64,000 bases of DNA from Takakia lepidozioides. Taxonomy: Eukaryota > Plantae > Bryophyta. Shown here in pieces: positions 39,991 to 51,489 of this stretch (positions are counted from its first letter, which is position 1; the number at the start of each line of letters is the position of its first letter). A program made the translations under genes and the position numbers. The DNA lies in the NCBI GenBank assembly GCA_030704615.1, contig CM060731.1, positions 80,476,001 to 80,540,000 of the forward strand. The letters are read 5' to 3'. The notes beneath the pieces were generated by a model that was not told where the DNA came from, did no database searches, and saw only the letters and a program-made list of their open reading frames with translations.

Positions 39991-42014
39991 GTACTTATCT
40001 CACTGTTTGTTGTTTATAGAGAATTTGATCTTGAAAGTGTCTTCCACTTGCACTTTTACCTTATCATTTTTTCTACAAATCTTCCACATTTCAGCTGACA
40101 TTTGTCATATGAAAAATTGTTTTGCCCAATCACATTTAAGGAGCGAATTCGAAAAGAAGAAGAAGAGCTTCGTGATTGGCAAGAATGGCGGGCTTCCCGG
40201 CAGGCTTCAAGCGCATCAAGAGATTCAACAAGTAGAGTTCCAAGTAACATTTCGGATGATAATGTTACTACTAGGTTCGAGTTCTCTGAAAGTATATCCG
40301 TTTCCTCTAGTGCGGAGACCGTTGCAAGTGGTTGTGGTAACCGAAGGTGTCTTCGACCACATGCCTTGATTGCGAGCCGTTTGGGAGGAGGCTCTGTAAT
40401 ATTAATGGGTTAGTGTAAGCCGTTGTATGGCTTCAAGCCGATGGATAACATTGTCCAACGGATGTGAACGGATGTACACTTGACGTTACATTATGTCTGA
40501 CTGCAACGCCAAAGTTGCAATCTCTAATAAAATATAAATGTTTATCATCAATGTATGCGGACTCATTCTTTCATGTCATCCTCTTCATCACATGCCATGA
40601 TTGTCCTATGTTTGGTTTTGTATGTCATCTGATATGGCAACCATTTTGTGCAAAAAGTTTTACATATCAGACCTCACATCATCGTGTAATTTATTGCATC
40701 CTCCCATTTTTTTCGTGAACGTCAACTTGGCAGTGGATGTTCTTCTAAAACCACAATACATACTTATATTGTCTCCAAAAAATGTTTGGAGGATTATCGT
40801 TCATGGTTATATTGTGCATAAAATAGCCAAATAATAATATATATCGCTTTATTTCAATAATAAATTTTGTTTATTCATATTCTTCATATTATTTCTGGAC
40901 CAAACAAAAGTCCATAATTAGTTAAAATAGTGTTGCCAACGCATGACGACTCTATGACTTATTCGAGACCCTATCCACTAATTTCGGCAATATTGACGTG
41001 TAGCAAATTCACGAGGGGCTGTAATGTGGAGCTAAAAGTAACATATCCCTCCAGAGGATGGAATATCTTGCATGTAGTTGCTATGGCGCCTCGCCGACCT
41101 TTAGGGATACCATTCAAATTAGGTGAACACTAGTGTGGTTCTCTTCTTGGATTTGTTGTGTTGTATGGTATGGTGTAGAGTTTGCTCCCACTTGAGTTGG
41201 CCTAAGTACCAGAGACTGCGGTTCCAAGTTGCTTCAATGCTCTTCAGTTTTAGGAAGAACTTCTTGAACTGGGCTCTCAAATGGTCGAAATGTACTCATG
41301 TTTTTCTAAGATGTGATTCTTCTTGTTATGGTTTAATTTCTACTCATGCAAGGAAATACTAGAAGTTGGAAACTGATAGACTCCTTCTATTCAACCCTAA
41401 TAACTTTCTCATATTAATTTTGTTGTGAACTTGAACATTGCATGTAGATAATCTTGAAGGGATAATGGTAGTGCCTTAGGCCCTCCTTGATTAGCTTTGG
41501 CCTCAGAAATGATCTGAAGCGAATTGCATAGATATTGAGTTTTGAATGTTGCTTCATGCGCATTATGGTTAAATGAGCATTGCATGGCTTCTGAGCGCTC
41601 GTTGTCGTGGATGGTTCACGACTTATTTAGTATGAAGAACTTGTTTTTTTAATTTCCAATAAATCAAGAACATTTGTACTTCACTAGTCTGTCGATTATT
41701 TTTGTAATACTAGGAGGTTCATGTGGATCCAACATTGACGAGAAGGAAATTATCTTAGCAAGATTATTGTTGTTTGGAAAGAGGGCATAGTTGCACAAAT
41801 GGATGTGACATAGCGCTAACACGTCAGCATCACGTCCAAAAACAGACGTTATCTCTCGTAAGTTTTTTATTTATTTTAAAAGAAAAAATTGATTTTTATT
41901 GGTTAAATTTTATTCTAGGTATCGAGGTGGCTGGACCATGGACTGCACACGTGGATGTAACTTTCATTATACACATCTATCTTACTGGAATTAGTTTTTT
42001 TAAACTTAGCAATT

Positions 42015-43365
42015 TAGTTGCGACGTTGAGTTTTGGCGGTCGCTTGAATTTTATAAATTTTATAAATTAAGTGTGACCGCTAATATTTGGTAGTCATGCC
42101 TACTAAAAGAATAAAAAAATACGTGCCACTACAAGTATTAGCAATCACACTTATTAAAAGGATAAATAATTACATGCGACCGTCAAAGTTAGCAGTCAAA
42201 CCAATTTATGGAATTTTTTTTCCCCAAGAAATGATGCAACCGCCAACTCTAGGGGTTGTATCTATTTTTAAAAAAAAAAGTTACGTGCGACTACAAGAAT
42301 TAGCAGTCGCACCAATTTATGATAATATATGTATATGGCAAAATTTAGCTATATATATATATATATATATTCAAAAATTGGTGTTACCGCCAATGTTGGC
42401 GGTCGTACCTATTAAGAAAATAAATAATTACGTGCGACCACAAGAATTAGTGGTCGTACTTTTTTAAATTTTCAAAAATTGGTTCGACTGCCAACTTTGG
42501 TGGTCTCACCTATTAAAAAATATAAAAAATTATGGCGACTGCAAGAATTAATGATCGCACCAATTTGTTTTTTGAAAAATATGCGACCGCCAAATTTTGT
42601 CAGTCTCATGTATTCTTTAAAAAAACGATTACATGCAATCGCTGAATTTTGGGAATCGCACGTATTTTCTTAAAAACAAAATTACATGCGACCGCCAAGT
42701 TTGGACCAGTGTTGGGCGGTTCTTTGGTTTTGGGTGAAAGAACTGCTGGTTCCAGGAATTTCACTGAACCGGGGGTTCTCTAATGGCTATTTTTCATAAT
42801 AACCTGACCTACGTGTTGGAATGAGAGGGGAGGGTAAGGGTAACTGCAGCTATCACATAATTGTGCATAAGGGTAGTTATCTAGGGTCAATCTGAAAATG
42901 ACCTTCAATTATTGTGGGGTTGGATTTTTTGTCATACATGCACATTTTCTATTTAGTTTGTCCATAACAACTTTTTGAATTCAGAACCGGGAGGGAACCG
43001 GGTCATCTCTTAGTTCCCTATATGGTTCTCTTCCCATATACCCAAGCACTCGATTTGGAGGGTAATTGCATGAAAGAACCGATATAGGACATACCCATGA
43101 TAATGTAACTCAAATATATACACCCTCCATCGTAAGTTTTGTAACTCTCCATATTTTGAAAGACCCGCCCTGGAGGTTCTCTATTTACCTTTCACAAGAT
43201 ACAACCTACCCTGCACGTTCTACCCAAAACCAGAGAACCGCCCAACACTGGTTTGGACGGTCGCACATGTTTTCCTTAGAAACAAATTACATGCGACCGC
43301 CGATATTGGCGGTCACAATTATTTTTTTAATTTTTAATTACGTGCGACTTCCAATATTTGGCCGT
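42015..43365. repeat. Array of degenerate ~55-60-bp palindromic units (GCGACCGCCAA...TTGGCGGTCGC), probably a TE subterminal region
   Basis: TACRTGCGACYRCMA...TGGYGGTCGYA recurs more than 10 times, separated by A/T runs. Confidence 0.7.
42707..43250. mobile_element. hAT-type MITE
   Basis: TIR CAGTGTTGGGCGGTTCT / AGAACCGCCCAACACTG with 8-bp TSD GTTTGGAC (42699-42706 and 43251-43258). Confidence 0.9.
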
Positions 43366-44599
43366 TACAGCAGCATCCCTCGTCTACACTCCTTCCTATG
43401 ACAGAAGGCATGATTTGTCCATGGACATAAGTTTGTCAAAACCAGATCTCAATCAAGATTTAGAAGTACTCAACATTCCAGACTAATACGAAAACAAGTG
43501 TGGATTAGAGAGAACAGATAATGGTTAACCTTCATAAGTCACAAATACTTAGAGTGTGGAGTTTGTTGATCTCACTCTTCCCAGGTTTTTCCCACTCCTT
43601 GTCCTTCAATCCGTGGGATTGCAGTAGACGGTGGGTTTACCTCCTCGTGAGTCGAACAACCATACTTTTGTGGTGTTGATGCGTAATAGCGAGAAATCCT
43701 CTCATTTGTAATCGGCAGTAGTGAGAAATTACCAAGTGGAGAGTGTCTTCTTCCAAAAATCCACATGCACAAGTTCCCCATTCTCTGATTAAGATGAAAT
43801 CCAAGTGTGCAATGCGATCTCCTCGTTGTAAATGTAAGACCCGCTCTCTCAAGGTCCTAGCATGATAGACAATAAGGTCGGCTCTGTCCGTCTTCCCTCA
43901 ATCGTTGATCCTTATTCAGAGGTTGTTGTTCATGTAGTTCAAGGATGCGCTATGAACGAAGGTGCTCAATCTGTCGAAACACTTCATCAGGGATTAAAAC
44001 AATCGGGTCTATAGCGACTCCCTCTAATATTTCCTCTTTCCAACGTGCCTCATACTCCTTAAATGACGTGGGTCAGTATCTTCACACAAAAACAATGGTG
44101 AACCTTGGTGAATTGTGTGTCATTCACGTGCTGCAATGTAAGGAGATCGAGAAGTAGCGTAAAAACCAGTAGGACGTGGGGAATATCTCATATGGTTTTA
44201 AATTAGCATAAGCACCCGCGGGGATAAACACTGGTGCCCACACCAGAGATGGGCGGTGGAGAAGCCAAAGGAGACACAAATGTAGAAGAGGAATCAGCAG
44301 CAAGTACCTGCAAGACCATCGTAGCAAATGTGAAAGCACCGCACGTTGAAGCATGCGAAAGCATATGTGAAGAGAACAAAAACACCCAAGTTAGACTGCA
44401 AAGGTCAAGTGGATGCAAAGTAAGCATTGACATCAAACATAAATAATCAGCAGTAACAAAACACTTATCAAATTTGTTGATGCAGGCGCCCAAACTCCAG
44501 CATTGCAGCTCCTCCATACCAGCACCTGCAAGAATGCAACCCTAGATCAAAACCAAATACATTCAAAGATGGAGACTGAGCCAAAACCCAGAAAAAAAA

Positions 44600-44878
44600 T
44601 TAAAAAAAAAAAAAATTCTGAGTTTAGAAGCTTATCCTTACTTGTCGTCCTCAAACAGTCTGCTTCCTCAATCAAGTCCTCATTCTCATCAACTAGTATG
44701 TCATCGTCTGCTTCAACTAGCTTATAATCAACACGGGCATCACATGGCCAGTTTTTGTAAACCATTACCAATTTGTCCAGATTATCTACTCGGGTAGACA
44801 ACTTCGTCTAAGAGTAGTCATCACATTTGCCACGAAGGAAATTCTTTCCATCTCAATCTGCGAACCAAGTATTCCAAG
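44600..44878 (-). pseudogene. hAT transposase C-terminus (dimerisation domain); continues at 56652-56900
   Basis: Removing the retroelement restores W..HETRFPNVGFL..QILGILGSQIEMERI....NVMTTLRR..L.VDNLDKLVMVYKNWP.D. Confidence 0.8.
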
Positions 44879-44882
44879 AATT

Positions 44883-45223
44883 TGTCAAGTTAAATAAGCA
44901 CAGTGTGAAAACAGCTAGAATAAAACTAGTTATTTGTATTTAACACTTGGATTTAGGTCAAGTGTTAAATCAGGTGTCAAGTTTAGTTTGACACCTGGTC
45001 CGTCTTATCTTCACGAGAGCGGCAGTCGCGCGGCTCATCTTTCTCGAGTTGAGCCTGCGCGACCGAGCTCCTTCATCGCTTCAGATATGAGTGTGCTTAT
45101 GATGGGAGTGTAGGTTGTTGTGGGGTGGAGTCCCCATAGCTTGGGGTGCCCCTGGCTCGACTACTATTTGAAAGAGTGATGATGGTTTTGGTTTTCCAAG
45201 TGTGTTCGTTGGTTTTTCTATCA
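44883..45223 (+). repeat. 5' partial LTR (segment B, 341 bp)
   Basis: Matches 56221-56561 with a single substitution seen (G at 45170 vs C). Confidence 0.95.
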
Positions 45224-45237
45224 CTCGAGAAAGATGA
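45223..45237 (+). promoter_or_regulatory. Self-priming primer-binding site (Tf1-like)
   Basis: ACTCGAGAAAGATGA is the exact reverse complement of LTR 45035-45049 (TCATCTTTCTCGAGT). There is no TGG-initiated tRNA PBS. Confidence 0.75.
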
Positions 45238-45449
45238 CTCTATCTAGTTTTCCAGTGCTAAGCTAGATATTATGTTTTTGTTTTTTAAGCACTATGATAA
45301 TATAGCTTGGTCACAGGGATTAGAACAGGAGGCTTGAGATGTTGTTGCGATTTTCTGTCAACCTGTGGATACATCTAAGAGTGGGGTGTGTAGGCTGCGC
45401 TGCTGACTGCTTGGCTGGATGAGAGCCGTGCACCGCCGTAGGTAGGGAA

Positions 45450-45790
45450 GGCGTTAGCTGATCTGAAGAATCGAGCTGATTCTGCTGTCTGCACCAGCAA
45501 GAGAAATCTGGAGGATGGTACCGACCAGGCAGAGAATCTTGGCTCGACTATCCGACAGCAGGCTAAGAATCTGAAAGAAACTGTCCTTGGCTCCACATCC
45601 GATGCCAAGAAGGGTACTGAGAGTAACGTTGGTAAGGCCAAAAACTCCACCGAAGGGTGCTAGCAAGGATTTCCGTTCCACCATATCAGACGCTGCGCAA
45701 ACCAGTCAGGAGAAGACAAGTGAAGCTGCCAGCAACGTCCAAGACGTTGTTTCAAGAGGCACAGGAGGCCTTCAGAAGGGGAGAAGAAGG
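45450..45790 (+). pseudogene. Captured LEA-like hydrophilic protein fragment
   Basis: ADLKNRADSA...DQAENLGSTIRQQAKNLKETV...DAKKGTESNVGKAKNS / TISDAAQTSQEKTSEAASNVQD; A/K/E/T/S-rich and helical in character. Confidence 0.5.
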
Positions 45791-45859
45791 TGAAGGATTT
45801 GGTAGCAAAGATATGAGCGCACATCGTGAGGCATTACGCAGGCTGGTGGAGTGCATGGG

Positions 45860-46319
45860 TTCTTCAAAACAAGTGCTCCAGGCCAGTTCCAAAAACAGAG
45901 CAATCCACGAAAGAAAAACCAGTGTCCATGCGAGATTCGTTCTTCTTCTGTGCAGTCAGTGAACCGAAGGTCTTCAGAAGCACGTCTTGGTCATCAAAAA
46001 CACCTGCAGTGTCGTTCCAAGAAATGATGGTGTTGAACATACCATCTCCCCTGAATGTGATAGATATTGCCGGGCAAATGACCGCTTGAAACTGCGCTTG
46101 AAAATCCAGCAGACAACGCTAGTGCATTGCTCTCCGAAGCAGGAACGTCGTCTGGTCAGATGTCTCCGCAATGTAGCTCAACCAGTTGTCGAAATCAGTA
46201 TTGACAGGCTCGTCAGGGTAGGTGGAGTCGATCTCAGCGCAGGTGCTCCCCATCCATGCCACGAAGGCCAGCAGAACCCACAGGCAGGGTCGCCCCGACA
46301 TTTGTCTCCCATCGAACAA
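45860..46319 (-). pseudogene. Captured pectin methylesterase fragments (catalytic core deleted)
   Basis: Signal-like LWVLLAFVAW...DFDNWL, then ITFRGDG.FNTIISWNDTA...LKTF joined directly to GSLTAQK....MDTGFSFVDC..FGTG. Confidence 0.8.
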
Positions 46320-47278
46320 CCTGGTAGAGGAAGACAGTCTTCAATGAAAGCCCCCCATGTGATCCCAGCATGAGGGTGAAGAGACAGATGTGCGAGTCGT
46401 GCTCGAAATTGTCAATCTTAGTGCGGAAAGTAGGGATTGGGCTGTTGTCAATTGGATTTTTCGCCATGAAGATATCAATGTCATTTGCAGTTATCCATAA
46501 GGATTCCATATTGATGCCGTCATTTGCCGTGACAAGAAATGAAGGGGAGGGAAGTCGCCTGTAAATCATGGGAGTGATGCAGGTAGACTTGGGGTCAGCT
46601 TGAGAGAGGTTGAGTGGACAACCTTTGAGAGCAAGGGCTGGGAAGGGCTGAGCAGAACCAGGAGCTGGTAGGAGCTGACGGAGCAGCACCAGGAGCAGGC
46701 ATCTCTGCTGCATGGCTTTGGAGATTGACGAGCATGCAAGCTGCTCATGCGCAACCCTTTGATCAGGTCTTTGATCGGCCAAATCGGTCAACACCCCACA
46801 CCACCTCCTTGTTCCTGCTTGCTCGCGCAGGCTTGGCCATCGCTGCCCTCGTCTGCGTCCGCCTTGCCTCTCTCTCTCCCTGGGCGATGGCGAACATGAA
46901 GCCCCGTGAGAGCAAAGACCCGGAGTCAGCATAGTCGGGGAACGGCCTCGGGAACCCGTAGATAACCAGGGAACAGGGAACCTAGACAAGTATTTTTTTT
47001 TTTAAAAAGAAAAAAAAGGGGGCCTTTTGATCTAATTTAAATGTTTAAAGAGCCTGGTTGGTCATATCTTTGTCAAATGAGCTCCGTTTGACTCAGTTTT
47101 TGAGGGGATAGCTGCAGAAAGGGGAAATCTACCTACCTAGACCTGGTTTCTGTTTTTGGGACTCTGCTAAAAATCTATGGAATTTTAGAGTGTGAGTGTG
47201 CCATAAAAGATCCACAATCCTGTCTCTAGAACCTGTGCTGGTCTATATGAGAGACAAATCTGTGGATGTACTCCTTGC

Positions 47279-48028
47279 ATGGCTGGGGGAAATGAGGACG
47301 TAATTGAAGGGCAAGTCTCTTCTCTTAGCCTGTGCACACAAGGGGACAGGATTTATGTTTCCCAAGGAACTCAGACTGATTTGAGTGGAGAACAGTTGGA
47401 CGAGTTGATTGCATACTGGGAGTCAGGCATTAACAGTAGACAACAAACTGCTGTAGTTGGCATTGAGGGCCTCAATATCGCCTTGGACAGTCAGAACTCG
47501 GTTGGAGCCAGCAGTTCTGCAGCTGTAGGTGAAATACCAAAGTGGGTGAAAGCTAGGCTTGGAACACAGCCAAAGACAGCCCCGGGGACCAAGGTGTTCA
47601 GCCACAAGGCTGTGGTGTACTGGAGCAGAGGAGCAGGAGCTACACAAGTTTGTGCAATCAGACATGGTTGCAGCCGGATACGCTCTACACAGGGCAACCA
47701 CGAGCGGGGGTTCATCAGCAATGACATGTTTGTTGTGCGTGAAGGAGATGCAGTCATTCGCAATGAGGACACCCGCAACCGTCTCAAAGCTTTCGAGTTG
47801 AGAGACTATCAGACCCTACCTTTGTTTTCTTTAGTGTTCAGTGAGCGGGAGATAGGGGAGTATTGCTTTGTCTCTACCTGGCAGAAAGAGGAGGAGGGTT
47901 GGTTAGAGCGAGCTACTGTAGCTTGGGACAAGGTTAGTGGCAGGTTTCTGGACATAGATATACCTCCTACACCTTACCATCATGCAGAGCGAGGCACTTT
48001 GAGAGAAGTCTGGCAGTTGATAGCATAG
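47279..48028 (+). CDS. Intact 249-aa extra ORF upstream of gag, unknown function
   Basis: Uninterrupted ATG-to-TAG frame with globular-looking composition. No motif recognised. Confidence 0.5.
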   Translation: MAGGNEDVIEGQVSSLSLCTQGDRIYVSQGTQTDLSGEQLDELIAYWESGINSRQQTAVVGIEGLNIALDSQNSVGASSSAAVGEIPKWVKARLGTQPKTAPGTKVFSHKAVVYWSRGAGATQVCAIRHGCSRIRSTQGNHERGFISNDMFVVREGDAVIRNEDTRNRLKAFELRDYQTLPLFSLVFSEREIGEYCFVSTWQKEEEGWLERATVAWDKVSGRFLDIDIPPTPYHHAERGTLREVWQLIA

Positions 48029-48763
48029 ATCAGGATTAGATCTTGCTTGGTCGGGCTTCTATTCTTCCCCTCCATCTCTGTACTATTTTCATTACCTTGT
48101 ACTTGTAGTTGCCAAAGCCTCTCTTGGTGGAGGCCAGTCAGTCCGGGGTTTTGGGCTGGGATATTCTGCAGGATCAGCATTGCAGCTGGATTTTGGTGTG
48201 GGGGTGTTGATGTTTTGATTTCTTGTGTTTGGATCCCCCCCAACACCTGCATGCTTGACTGTGCGCCATGTTGGTTTTGTGTGGGCGCTTGCTTTCATAG
48301 GGATTAGGCCGGATTTGATCACGGTCAATCCTAGAGTATGCTATCGGTGGTGAGGCTGGAGTGATGACCAGCAAGACCACCAGTGTTTCTTCTATGGTGA
48401 GGCTGGGTTGATGACCAGCCAACCATAGGAGTTCTTGCGGTGGATGCAGGTGCAGGTGCCCTGAGCCATTGGGATATGACCCTTAAAACTGCAACAGGTG
48501 CCCACCCGTGTCACTATTAGATTAGTATTAGAGCCTTATAGTGTCACGTGGAGGAGGTGCACATTGTGAGTGTCATTACGGAGTTACCCAAGGGTGGTGA
48601 GGGGAGTACGGCTACAGGCAGTAACAGTGAGAGTGGGTTCACAAGACGAGGTATTCGGTTCAGACCACCTTCACCGCCACCCTCAATTACTGTAGAGTCA
48701 GACACAGACTCGGAGGCTTCATCAATAGGTGTGCACTTTCATTCGCCATTGTTGTGGGACGAC

Positions 48764-50148
48764 ATGGAGGAGATGTATGGAGCTACCAAGGGGCCTCGTA
48801 GGTACTCTGGAGCTGTGGGCACAATCGAGTTGGATGACTTTATCCAGAGTTCGACAGCTGGTGTGATTTGCAGCAGATGCGCAATCCACAGCTATTCACC
48901 CCATTCATGGTGTGGAAGGGACTGTTCCAGCATTTGGAAGGCCCGCCTATGGACGATTACCACGAGTTCAGGCGAGGACATGAAGCAGAGATTGAGGAGT
49001 GGAGGATGTATTGGTCACCTGACTACGTCTCCATTACTCGAGGCACGACGCGACCAGTAGCTGCATCGGTACCAATAGCTCCCACTGCCAGCACTAGTAG
49101 TGGAGCAGGTAGTGCTGGTACTTCTGCAGGTGGTACCAGTTCAAAAGGTGCTACTACTCCTCCTGCCACAACTGCAACACATGTGCCTAGATTCAACCCG
49201 GTGGTGGAGTTCTTCCAGGAGTTGCGGAGGAACTACCAAGGTGTACGGACAGAGAAGCTGCGAAGTTTGCAAGACTTCCAGCGCAAACCCAGTGAGAGCC
49301 TGCGAGAGGCGTACACTCGTATGAGGCGCTTGATAAGTGTGACCCAAGGGGTTACTGAAGCTCAGGCAATCCAGTTTTGGTATGGAATTCTGGACAAGGA
49401 GCTCAGGAGAAGGGTGCGAGATGCAACCCTGTTACAAGCAGCCCAACCCACATTAGCAGATGTGTTTTTGCTGGCTGAGCAGATTGAGCTCAACATGGTG
49501 GAGGAGCGAGTTGTTACAATTGGATTTGGCAAGGACATGCCTGTACGGGGCACAGCTGTCAGCCCACAAGCACAAGGGACTGCCCAACAGCGTGGTCAGG
49601 GGGGCAAGGTTGCCCAGCCCAAGTTCCATGGAGCTTACAGGGGACCTCAGGTGCAGAGGCCCGTGGCATCTTTTGCAGGCCAACAGCAACCAGGGGTGAT
49701 ATGTTGGACATGTGGAGGACCCCATGTCAAGAGAGATTGCCCAGAGAGTGGCAGAAGGCCGGCACAAGCACAGCCTGCACAGTTACAGTGTGGGCATTGT
49801 GGCAAGTATGGGCATGGAGATGCCCAGTGTTATGACTTGCATCCTGAGTTGCGCCCAGGCCAGTTCCAAGGGAACAATGGTGGCCGGGGGCGAGGTGGAC
49901 CAGCCCAGAGAGGACGAGGTGGTCGGGCACGAGGTGCAGGCCAAGGGCAAGCTCAACATGGCCAAGGACGCGGAGGTCAGGGCGTTGATCAAGGCATGGC
50001 CAACCGGCTTCAGCAGCTAGAGCAGAGGCTCGCTGCCATGGCTATAGCTCAGGCGGTACCGGCTCCCAGGCGGGATGGTCCACCTCCTGCTCCTGAGGGA
50101 GGAGATATGGGAGGCATGGGATTATGTGCGGAGCAGCACTACCATTAG
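48764..50148 (+). CDS. gag: Gag with two zinc knuckles (frameshift ~48845; the frame may begin upstream ~48548)
   Basis: QRKPSESLREAYTRM capsid-like motif, CWTCGGPHVKRDC, CGHCGKYGHGDAQC and an RGG-rich tail. Confidence 0.88.
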
Positions 50149-50699
50149 AGTAGGTGGAGTCTGCTGCAGCTGTGACTCGAGGAGCAGCACGAGTTCCTGA
50201 GCCACGAGGTGCAGAGGTGGAATTGGATCCACAGCGTGGGGAGGCAAGCCGTCAGGCGAGGCTTCCTCAGTCATTCACATTGGCGGAGACTGTGTCGACG
50301 CCATCCATGGCACCTAGTTCTTGCCCGACTGTTACCGAGGCGGAGGTTACTATGCCATTGGGGAGAGCTACACGTGCAGCATTGACTCCTGCTGCCAAGG
50401 CTAGTGCGGCCGGTGTGTTATTGGGGGCAGCCACCTCTGTGTGTCAGGCCCCACTGTTCTCGGCAACGATGATTGCGACGCCGGGGGTGAGACCAGCTGC
50501 AGTGTTCAGATTAGCAGCAACACTCTGTGAGAGTGGGGAGGTCACTTCATCTTCTGCGGAGTTAGTGGAAGGTGTAGTGGCAGATGGATCCTCGGATTTG
50601 AGGGTCAAGACTGCCACGGCTGCGCCATGGCAAGTTGCAGCTGCCAGGTTGACGGAGCTGCCAGCTAGGCCAGCCATTGAGCGCGCCATGGTGACACCT

Positions 50700-51130
50700 G
50701 GAGTTGTCTTGTTAGACAACCAGGGAGGCATTTTCACTTTGAGTGGACCGGCAGGCAAGAAGTACCGGCCACTGCGGGTCTTGTTGGACTCAGGAGCTCA
50801 GCCACTGATGTTGGGCAGAGCTGCTATTGCAGGTTTGGGCCTCATGGAGGCGGATATGGAGCCTTGTCATTTCCAGATACAGACATCTCTGGGAGGATCA
50901 GAGCAGGCTCGCGGCATGACACGACATCAGTTGGCTATTAGACTGCAGCCGGATCATCCTGTAGATGGCTCAGTGATGCGAGCCAAGGCCATTGTGACAG
51001 ACGCGGTCTCTTACGATGTCCTCGTTGGTGGGGCAGTGTTATACCCCATGGGCTTCACCCTGGATTTCTGGGAGGAGTCAGCATCCTACAGGCCTGGATG
51101 GCAGTCAGGGGATGGTCGCCGTGCACAGCT
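50700..51130 (+). CDS. Aspartic protease domain of pol
   Basis: VLLDSGAQ catalytic motif and YDVLVGG. Confidence 0.85.
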
Positions 51131-51489
51131 CTCTGTGACATTCATTGGGGGTATTGCGCTGCCCAGCGGGGCAAGATGCCAACACTAGCCGCCTTCACAG
51201 CTGCCGTTAGTTGGCCTGGAGAGTTGCTGGAAGGCAATGCCCATGCAGAGGATGTGCCACCTCCAGCAGAGCAGGATGACATGCATGGTATGGCGGAGTT
51301 GCCTGCCATGGTTGCTCACACTCCGTTGTGGGGTACGAGCAAGATTTGCAGCAGCTGCTGATGGACGGGTGCAACAAGCTTGGGAAGAAGCTTTTGTACC
51401 GTCAGGAGAGGAGGAGAGTGCGGTGATTGCACCAGGGCCACCTCAGTTGTTGCCATTGGACACCACACCTCTTGTGTGGCAGCGGCCGG

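Larger units (their letters stand above)
23735..40742. repeat. Dispersed 26-bp palindrome, consensus GAACCTCCACTG-NN-CAGTGGAGGTTC, 9 copies
   Basis: Copies at 23735, 24691, 25816 (perfect 14-bp arms 25814-25843), 29218, 35848, 36883, 37922, 39038 and 40717. Confidence 0.9.
21850..40900. mobile_element. Putative giant cargo-carrying DNA transposon (Sola-like); termini not resolved; contains a nested Pack-CACTA
   Basis: Transposase on the minus strand with divergent multi-exon cargo genes. A shared 26-bp palindrome occurs from 23735 to 40742. Host sequence is continuous across the CACTA insertion. Confidence 0.55.

Noticed and set aside
43400-44150. Possible HUH/Replitron Rep fragment (HLQRGDRIAHL)
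   Set aside because: There is no complete HUH or YxxK motif and the frames are too broken to call.
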